A stretch of 62,913 nucleotides of DNA from Candidatus Terrybacteria bacterium RIFCSPHIGHO2_01_FULL_43_35 (lineage in GTDB: Bacteria > Patescibacteriota > Minisyncoccia > Terrybacterales > GWB1-40-14): NCBI GenBank assembly GCA_001822815.1, contig MHSR01000016.1, positions 1 through 62,913 of the forward strand, in the 5' to 3' direction. The position numbers were made by a program, and so were the translations under genes. This document shows positions 54,961 through 62,913 of this stretch, in pieces. Position 1 is the stretch's first letter; each line of letters opens with the position of its first letter. A model generated the notes under the pieces. The model did not search any database and was not told where the DNA came from. It saw only the letters and a program-made list of their open reading frames with translations.

Positions 54961-55686
54961 ATGCATATTTCTATAGCAGCCGAAAAATTATTCTCAGTTT
55001 TGGGATTTCCTGTAACCAACAGCTTGCTCATGTCGTGGTTGGCAATGGCTATTTTAATTTCTGTTGCACTGGTTTTTAATCGTCAGGCCTCCAATATTCC
55101 CGGGAAACTTCAAGCTTTATTGGAAATAATTTTTGAAAGGTTATTAAATTTTATGGATAGCGTAACGCAAGATCGTAAGAAATCAGAACTGTTTTTGCCG
55201 CTGGTGGCCACAATTTTTATATTTATCATTACCGCCAACTGGATGGGCCTTATACCAGGCCTGGCCAGCGTAGGTATTAAAGAAAACGGCGAGTTTATAC
55301 CTATTTTGCGGCCCATGAACACTGATCTGAATAACACTTTGGCTATTGCCCTTATAGCCGTTGTAGCGTCTCATACCTTCGGTTTTCTCGTACTTGGTTT
55401 TAGAGCGCACATAGGCAAATTTATTTCGTTTAAAAGCCCCATAGCCTTCTTTGTGGGCATCTTGGAAAGCATAAGCGAATTTTCAAAGATAATATCTTTT
55501 TCTTTTAGATTATTCGGTAACATATTCGCCGGTGAAGTGCTTTTACTGGTTATAGGAGGGTTGATACCCTTTTTAGTACCAATTCCGTTTTTGGGCCTTG
55601 AACTATTCGTGGGCTTTATTCAAGCCTTAGTTTTTGCTATGTTAACATTGGTATTTTTAACCATATCCACAGCAGAACATCATTAA
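54961..55686 (+). CDS. atpB: ATP synthase F0 subunit a
   Basis: ANWMGLIPG, LRP.NTDLN, SFRLFGNIFAGE, LE.FVGFIQALVF. Confidence 0.95.
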   Translation: MHISIAAEKLFSVLGFPVTNSLLMSWLAMAILISVALVFNRQASNIPGKLQALLEIIFERLLNFMDSVTQDRKKSELFLPLVATIFIFIITANWMGLIPGLASVGIKENGEFIPILRPMNTDLNNTLAIALIAVVASHTFGFLVLGFRAHIGKFISFKSPIAFFVGILESISEFSKIISFSFRLFGNIFAGEVLLLVIGGLIPFLVPIPFLGLELFVGFIQALVFAMLTLVFLTISTAEHH

Positions 55687-55691
55687 TCACA

Positions 55692-56013
<322 letters not shown>

Positions 56014-56016
56014 ATT

Positions 56017-56114
56017 TTTGGGCGGCAACTCCGTTCGCGAAGCATCGCCTCGTCTCGCACGAGACTCGGCGCTCCCACCCACCCTCCATTTCGCTCACGG
56101 AATCGCCGCCCAAA
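56017..56114. repeat. branched palindromic element between atpE and atpF
   Basis: TTTGGGCGGC/GCCGCCCAAA; CCGT-TC-GCGAA/TTCGC-TC-ACGG; CGCC-TC-GTCTCG/CGAGAC-TC-GGCG. Confidence 0.8.
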
Positions 56115-56129
56115 GGACTGTTTTATTTA

Positions 56130-56633
56130 ATGACTGAATTATTCACAAAATTAGGAATAGACTGGCGTCTTCTTTTGGCGCAAACGGTTAATTTTGCAAT
56201 ACTTGCCTTTGTTTTGACTAAGTTTTTGTATAAACCCCTGCTGAAGATAATTTCTGATAGGCAAGTATTGGCCAAGCATACCATAAAGAGCGCGGAAGAG
56301 CTTGCAGAAGCCAAAAGAAATTTGGGAAAAGAAATAGAAGAAGAAAAGATCCGTGTGCGCAAAGAAGCCGATGATTTGTTGGTGGAGGCGATAAAAAAAG
56401 CAGATGCTCTTCGGGTTGAGGCAACCGCGCAACTTGAACAAGACTTAATGTCCATGAAGAACAAGGCGCTTGCGGGAATAGAAAAAGAACGAATGCTTGC
56501 TATGGCTAAAACGAAAGAAGATATTGCTGGCCTTGCCATTCTTGCTGCAGAAAAAGTTCTTGCCCGCGAAGTAACAAATAAAGACAGCGTGCGTTTGGCG
56601 CACGAAGCCCTTGAAATAATGAAGAACACATAA
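56130..56633 (+). CDS. atpF: ATP synthase F0 subunit b
   Basis: GIDW..LLAQ.VNF.IL..VL.KFLYKP, coiled coil. Confidence 0.93.
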   Translation: MTELFTKLGIDWRLLLAQTVNFAILAFVLTKFLYKPLLKIISDRQVLAKHTIKSAEELAEAKRNLGKEIEEEKIRVRKEADDLLVEAIKKADALRVEATAQLEQDLMSMKNKALAGIEKERMLAMAKTKEDIAGLAILAAEKVLAREVTNKDSVRLAHEALEIMKNT

Positions 56634-56636
56634 GAT

Positions 56637-57023
56637 ATGCGTAAAGAAGTTGATGTAAAAGCGATTGCCGCCGCCTTTCTTGATTCAATAGAGAAAATTC
56701 CGATTTCCGAACAGCCGAAGGCCATAAAAAAATTTGTCGGTTTCCTTTTGGCGAATAATTTATTGTCGCAAGCCGGTAATCTGCTTGTGGCAATTAAGGA
56801 AGAAGCAATGAAACGTAAGGGTATTACAGCGATGACATTTCAGAGTGCAGGTGACCTTTCCGATGCAGATATAGCAAAAATGGCAGGTTCCCTTGCCGGA
56901 GATCTAGAGCACATAAAAGACAATAGTTTGCTTGGAGGTTTAAAAATGAAGATAGGTGATAAAGTGGTTGATGCAACGGTTCGAAGAATGTTTGAGCAGC
57001 TGTTCAAAGGTATAAATAATTGA
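56637..57023 (+). CDS. atpH: ATP synthase F1 subunit delta (short)
   Basis: Operon position; D.SLLGGLKMKIGDKVVDATV. Confidence 0.85.
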   Translation: MRKEVDVKAIAAAFLDSIEKIPISEQPKAIKKFVGFLLANNLLSQAGNLLVAIKEEAMKRKGITAMTFQSAGDLSDADIAKMAGSLAGDLEHIKDNSLLGGLKMKIGDKVVDATVRRMFEQLFKGINN

Positions 57024-57033
57024 AATATCGTGG

Positions 57034-57170
57034 ATCCCGTTAGAAACACATAGCGGGCAATAGAAAATTTACGAGATATAATAAGTGATTAATCTTTAAA
57101 ACAGGTTTTGCGAATTATTACGGAAGCGCTTTAGTGTCTTTCGTAAAGCGCTTCCTGTTTCTAACGGGAT
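57034..57170. mobile_element. 137-bp MITE-like element with perfect 15-bp TIRs, overlapping the atpA start codon
   Basis: ATCCCGTTAGAAACA (57034-48) / TGTTTCTAACGGGAT (57156-70); internal hairpin GGAAGCGCTTTA/TAAAGCGCTTCC; ATG at 57169. Confidence 0.75.
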
Positions 57171-58674
57171 GGATACCAAAAAGCTTATTGATGAACTGAA
57201 AAAAGAAATTGCTGGCGCAAAACTAAAAGTTCGTGCCGAAGAGACTGGCCGCGTCCTTTTGGTTAAGGACGGCGTGATCCGCATATCCGGACTTTATTCC
57301 ACAGGCGCTTTGGAAATGCTTATTGTTCGAGCGCATGAAGGCGAGGTATCGGCAATGGCCCTTAATCTTGATGCCGATCAGGTTGGAGCAATCGTTTTGG
57401 GCGATTGGGAGAAAATAAATGAAGGAGACGAGGTTGTTGGTACCGGCAAGATATTATCAGTTCCTGTTGGCGATACGTTTTTGGGACGAGTAGTTAATCC
57501 TTTGGGCGAACCATTGGACGGCAAGGGTCCAATAAAAGCTAGTAAATATAATCCGCTTGAAAGAATTGCGCCCGGCGTTGTCACAAGAAAATCTGTGGAT
57601 ACTTCTTTAGCAACGGGCATTAAAGCAATAGATGCCATGATTCCAATAGGTCGCGGTCAACGCGAACTTATAATTGGTGACAGACAGACTGGCAAAACGG
57701 CAATAGCCGTAGATGCGGTATTAAATCAAAAAAATACTGGAGTTAAATCAATCTATGTTGCCATAGGCCAGAAAATGTCACGCGTGGTGAAAATAGTTAC
57801 AGAACTTGAAAAACGCGGAGCTTTGGATAATACAATTGTTGTTGTGGCCTCCGCCTCTGATCCAGCCGCATTTTCATACATTGCGCCATATGCTGGATGC
57901 GCTATGGGTGAATATTTTATGGATCAAGGGAAAGACGCTTTGGTTGTTTATGACGATTTATCCCGCCACGCATGGGCATATAGGCAGGTAAGTTTGCTGC
58001 TTGAACGTTCTCCGGGTCGGGAGGCATATCCGGGTGATGTATTTTATCTGCATTCACGTTTGCTTGAGCGCGCCGCGCGTATGTCTAAAGAATACGGCGG
58101 TGGTTCTTTAACCGCTTTGCCCATAATAGAAACACAAACCGGTGATATTTCCGCGTATATTCCCACAAACGTTATTTCAATAACCGATGGTCAAATTTAC
58201 CTTGAGAGCGAGCTTTTTTATCAAGGTATTAGGCCGGCTTTAAACGTGGGTTTATCCGTTTCTCGCGTGGGTTCTGCGGCGCAAACCAAAGCAATGAAAA
58301 AAGTTGCCGGCAAATTGCGTCTTGATTTGGCGCAATATCGCGAACTTGCAGTATTCGCACAGTTTGCACAGGATTTGGATGAAGCAACTAAGAAACAGCT
58401 TGAGCGCGGCAAACGCTTAACCGAACTCCTGAAGCAGGGTCAATATGCGCCAGCGTCAATGGAAGAACAAGTTGTAGTACTTTATGCGGGAGTTAATGGA
58501 CATTTGGACACCATTGCGCCAGATAAAGTGCGTGATTGGGAAAGCGGATTTATTGAATATTTAAAACGACAAAACGAAAAAATTCTGACAAATATACGAG
58601 ACACCAAAAATTTAGATGACGAAACAGAGAGTGCCGTGAAGCAAGCTATTGAAGATTACAATAAAATTATATGA
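57169..58674 (+). CDS. atpA: ATP synthase F1 subunit alpha
   Basis: [47 protein letters not shown]. Confidence 0.97.
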   Translation: MDTKKLIDELKKEIAGAKLKVRAEETGRVLLVKDGVIRISGLYSTGALEMLIVRAHEGEVSAMALNLDADQVGAIVLGDWEKINEGDEVVGTGKILSVPVGDTFLGRVVNPLGEPLDGKGPIKASKYNPLERIAPGVVTRKSVDTSLATGIKAIDAMIPIGRGQRELIIGDRQTGKTAIAVDAVLNQKNTGVKSIYVAIGQKMSRVVKIVTELEKRGALDNTIVVVASASDPAAFSYIAPYAGCAMGEYFMDQGKDALVVYDDLSRHAWAYRQVSLLLERSPGREAYPGDVFYLHSRLLERAARMSKEYGGGSLTALPIIETQTGDISAYIPTNVISITDGQIYLESELFYQGIRPALNVGLSVSRVGSAAQTKAMKKVAGKLRLDLAQYRELAVFAQFAQDLDEATKKQLERGKRLTELLKQGQYAPASMEEQVVVLYAGVNGHLDTIAPDKVRDWESGFIEYLKRQNEKILTNIRDTKNLDDETESAVKQAIEDYNKII

Positions 58675-59330
58675 TCGCGTTTAAAGCCCCTCTTAAAAGG
58701 GTAATTGTTATTATAGGCGCAATACTTATTTCATCCGAGCTTTTTATACTTTGGCAAGAAACCGTATTAACAGAAATTAGGGTCAACAATGCGCATATAA
58801 AACTTAACGAAGCCCGTCAACATTATATGGAGCGCACCGAAGCCATTATTAAAGCAGCGAAAGCAAAAGAGCAGCTAAGTTCTGGTGAGATAGATACCGC
58901 AAACTGGAAAACGTATCGCAACGATAAATGCGGCTATAATATAAAATATCCGGAAGATTGGACAATAGAGTTTTCTGGTTCGGGACTCATCGCTCAATTA
59001 ACCAACGTTTTTCTTAACGGACCAGACAGTAGTAATGTCTATGAGCAGGTCACAATATTTTGTGAGAAAAATGAATCTGGAAAAACGTTGAACGATTTCC
59101 GCGCCCCAAGCGGGTTTGTTTTTGAGGTTAAAGATTACATCCTTGATAACGTTACCTCGTTAGAAAGACTCGTATGGTCGGGTGACGGAGCAACAACCCA
59201 AATCATCGCTTTTAAAGGCCGATATTTATACGATATATCTTTCTATGAGAATCAGACTAGTGGTCCCAGAACCGATAAAACCGCCCAACTTATTGGGCAA
59301 ATCCTTTCCACCTTTAAATTTATTGAATAA
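58671..59330 (+). CDS. PsbP-like membrane-anchored hypothetical protein inserted in the atp operon
   Basis: TM, WKTYRN...[15 protein letters not shown]; overlaps the atpA stop. Confidence 0.7.
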   Translation: MIAFKAPLKRVIVIIGAILISSELFILWQETVLTEIRVNNAHIKLNEARQHYMERTEAIIKAAKAKEQLSSGEIDTANWKTYRNDKCGYNIKYPEDWTIEFSGSGLIAQLTNVFLNGPDSSNVYEQVTIFCEKNESGKTLNDFRAPSGFVFEVKDYILDNVTSLERLVWSGDGATTQIIAFKGRYLYDISFYENQTSGPRTDKTAQLIGQILSTFKFIE

Positions 59331-59401
59331 TTTTATTAAGATAATCCCTCGCTGCGCTTGGTATGCACATCGTTGCAATCTCGCAGTGGCGAGAAGCAAC
59401 G

Positions 59402-60334
59402 ATGGCACAAAACACTCGCGAATTAAGAAGAAGGATCAAAGCGACTAAATCCATTCGGCAGATAACCAAAGCCATGGAGATGATTGCCGCAAGCAAGATG
59501 CGCAAGGCGCAACTGGCCGCTTTGGCATCTCGACCGTATGCGGATTTGGCTTGGGAAATACTTTCTTCGCTTTATGGCAAGGATAAAAGTTTATCTGAAG
59601 AACAGGTCGGTTCGTATATTAAATTTTTGGGTTCCTATACAGAAAATGAAAACCAAACAAAACAGCTTATTATTTTGATAACCTCAAATAGGGGATTGTG
59701 CGGCTCCCTTAATTCGCAATTAGTGAACGAGGCTTTAAATTTAGCTAAGAGCGATAAGAATAATTATTCTTTTGTTGCCGTTGGTCGTAAAGGCTTGCGC
59801 TCCTTATTGCGTCAAGGATTTAATGTTCTGGCTTCTTTTGACAGTTTTGAAAATCAGCCAGATTTTAATGCGATACGGCCCATAGCTAAAATAGTTATGG
59901 ATAAATTTTTGGCCAGTGAAGTTTCACGCGTTATCGTTGTTTATGCCGATTTCATATCAACGCTTCAATACAAAATACGTTCAAAACAACTTTTACCGCT
60001 GACGCCATATAATGTTGTATTAAGCGGCGGAGTTAAACTTGATATAAATACCAAAGACAGTGAGAGAAACAATAAAACGGAAATTTTGTTTGAGCCTTCG
60101 CCCGAAGAGATTTTGAGTTCTCTTTTACCGCGCTTGATAGAACTGCAGGTTTATCAATCAATAGTTGAAAATCTGGCATCAGAGCACTCGGCGCGCATGG
60201 TGAACATGAAAAACGCTTCTGATTCAGCGCGCGACATCATTAATGATCTTACCCTTACTTATAATTCATTGCGCCAGGCTTCAATTACCGCCGATTTGGC
60301 GGATATAATTGGCGGCAGGATGGCAGTGAAATAA
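59402..60334 (+). CDS. atpG: ATP synthase F1 subunit gamma
   Basis: RRIKATKSIRQITKAMEMIAASK, NRGLCG, ASEHSARM..MKNA, RQASIT; ATG at 59402. Confidence 0.96.
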   Translation: MAQNTRELRRRIKATKSIRQITKAMEMIAASKMRKAQLAALASRPYADLAWEILSSLYGKDKSLSEEQVGSYIKFLGSYTENENQTKQLIILITSNRGLCGSLNSQLVNEALNLAKSDKNNYSFVAVGRKGLRSLLRQGFNVLASFDSFENQPDFNAIRPIAKIVMDKFLASEVSRVIVVYADFISTLQYKIRSKQLLPLTPYNVVLSGGVKLDINTKDSERNNKTEILFEPSPEEILSSLLPRLIELQVYQSIVENLASEHSARMVNMKNASDSARDIINDLTLTYNSLRQASITADLADIIGGRMAVK

Positions 60335-60348
60335 ATGCTAATTTTTAA

Positions 60349-61730
<1,382 letters not shown>

Positions 61731-61731
<1 letters not shown>

Positions 61732-62186
61732 TGACCAAAATACATTTCGAAATTACAACGCCGGAAAAAACGGCTTTAAAAGACGAGATTGATTCCATAA
61801 CCGTTCAAACCAAAGACGGTGAAATTACAATTTTGCCCGGGCATATTCCTATTGTTTCCGCGTTATCAAGCGGAGAGTTAATTGTGCGTAGAGAAGGTCA
61901 AGTAATCCCAATGGCCGTAAGCGGGGGATTCGTTGAAGTTAAACCGTCTTTGCCCGGCGAAAACAAAACCCGCGTTATTATTCTGGCTGATGCGGCAGAA
62001 CGAGTTGAAGAAATAGATATGAAACAAGCGCAAGAAGCCCACGAACGCGCGCGCAAGGCTATGGAGGAATATAAAAATACTGATGAGGTTAAATTTGCCG
62101 ATGCCACAGCCGCATTTGAACGCGCGCTTTCGCGCATAAAAGTGGCGCGCAAACATGCCCGAGGCAAAAGCTCGTTTGAAGAATAA
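61731..62186 (+). CDS. atpC: ATP synthase F1 subunit epsilon
   Basis: FEITTPE, GEITILPGHIP, VSGGFVEV, ILADAAE. Confidence 0.95.
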
Positions 62187-62192
62187 GGATTG

Positions 62193-62264
62193 ATCCCGTT
62201 AGAGACAGCCCGCCCCGCAGACACTTTGTGCGCGCTTACGCGCGGGCGCGGTCTCTAACAGAAT
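62193..62264. repeat. second, shorter ATCCCGTTAGA-family element after the atp operon
   Basis: ATCCCGTTAGAGAC ... GTCTCTAACAGAAT (2 mismatches to a perfect TIR); GC-rich internal stem. Confidence 0.65.
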
Positions 62265-62325
62265 TGACTCTTAGTATAATAACCATATAATCAATAAACA
62301 AAAAAGCTCATTATTACGAGGCCAT

Positions 62326-62739
62326 ATGAACACAAGCGGACAACACAACAAATGCGATGTACTCGTTTTAATGTGTATTGATTTTCGTTTCCGTGAAAAT
62401 GTTCAGAATAGCCTTAAAAAAATAGGTCTAAAATCATATGATCTCGTGGTCTATCCAGGCGCTTCATCGAGTCTATCTTCTGAGAAACATTCGGCATTTA
62501 GGCCACTTCTTGATGCCATAAATATTTCTCAGAATCTTCACGGCATCAAAAAAGTTGTGATTGTGGACCATGAAGATTGCGGCGTATATGGAGGTTCTTC
62601 GTCATTTGAATCATTTGACGACGAAAAAACAGCTCACCGCGAAAAAATAGCGCTAGCCCGTAAAGCCATTGAAGCCGAAACCGGTCTACCCGTTGAAGGA
62701 TATCTGGCCAAGCTAGACGGCAAACTCGAAACTATATAA
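62326..62739 (+). CDS. beta-carbonic anhydrase-like protein
   Basis: CIDFRF and HEDCG Zn-ligand motifs (CxDxR ... HxxC). Confidence 0.8.
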   Translation: MNTSGQHNKCDVLVLMCIDFRFRENVQNSLKKIGLKSYDLVVYPGASSSLSSEKHSAFRPLLDAINISQNLHGIKKVVIVDHEDCGVYGGSSSFESFDDEKTAHREKIALARKAIEAETGLPVEGYLAKLDGKLETI

Positions 62740-62913
62740 GACAAACACCTCGCGCAAACTACGCGAGTTTTTGTTTATAAGTCTATATCGCAACTTACGT
62801 ATTGCGATTTTTACAAACAAACATCATTTTAAAGATGGAATTTTTGTAAGCTACAAGATCATATCTGACACTTTTCTAGTTTTTCCATAGGCGTAAGCCC
62901 CTCGATCCCCAGA

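Overview
Chromosomal window from a bacterium whose gene content looks like Patescibacteria/CPR (Parcubacteria-like); this placement is an inference from gene families and style, and the standard code 11 is used. Housekeeping blocks: rplY, prfA-rpmE, rpsB-tsf, rpmG, obg, mltG, uvrC/uvrA, rmuC and a complete F1Fo ATP synthase operon. Four intact tRNAs: Thr-UGU, Tyr-GUA, Thr-GGU, Trp-CCA. A ~10.5 kb copper/thiol-redox cargo region lies between tRNA-Tyr and tRNA-Thr(GGU), and many stand-alone accessory genes are scattered through the window (tandem metallophosphoesterase, TAG-split ClpB-like ATPase, NADAR-like, ART-like, Gly-rich prepilin-like protein, Ni-SOD pair, citrate synthase). The most striking signals are non-coding. 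(1) A matryoshka tRNA-Thr(UGU) locus: an intact tRNA sits inside two successive 17-bp perfect inverted repeats, each of which interrupts a diverged outer tRNA-Thr shell. (2) Families of short palindromic elements, many with symmetric TC/TC (= tandem GA/GA on the other strand) mismatches. These occur between genes, overlap or abut the start codons of atpA, atpG and obg, and have entered coding sequence in frame (33 bp in prfA, probably also uvrA and uvrC). No CRISPR array, rRNA, integrase or transposase was recognised. All protein calls come from motif recognition by eye; no database searches were run.
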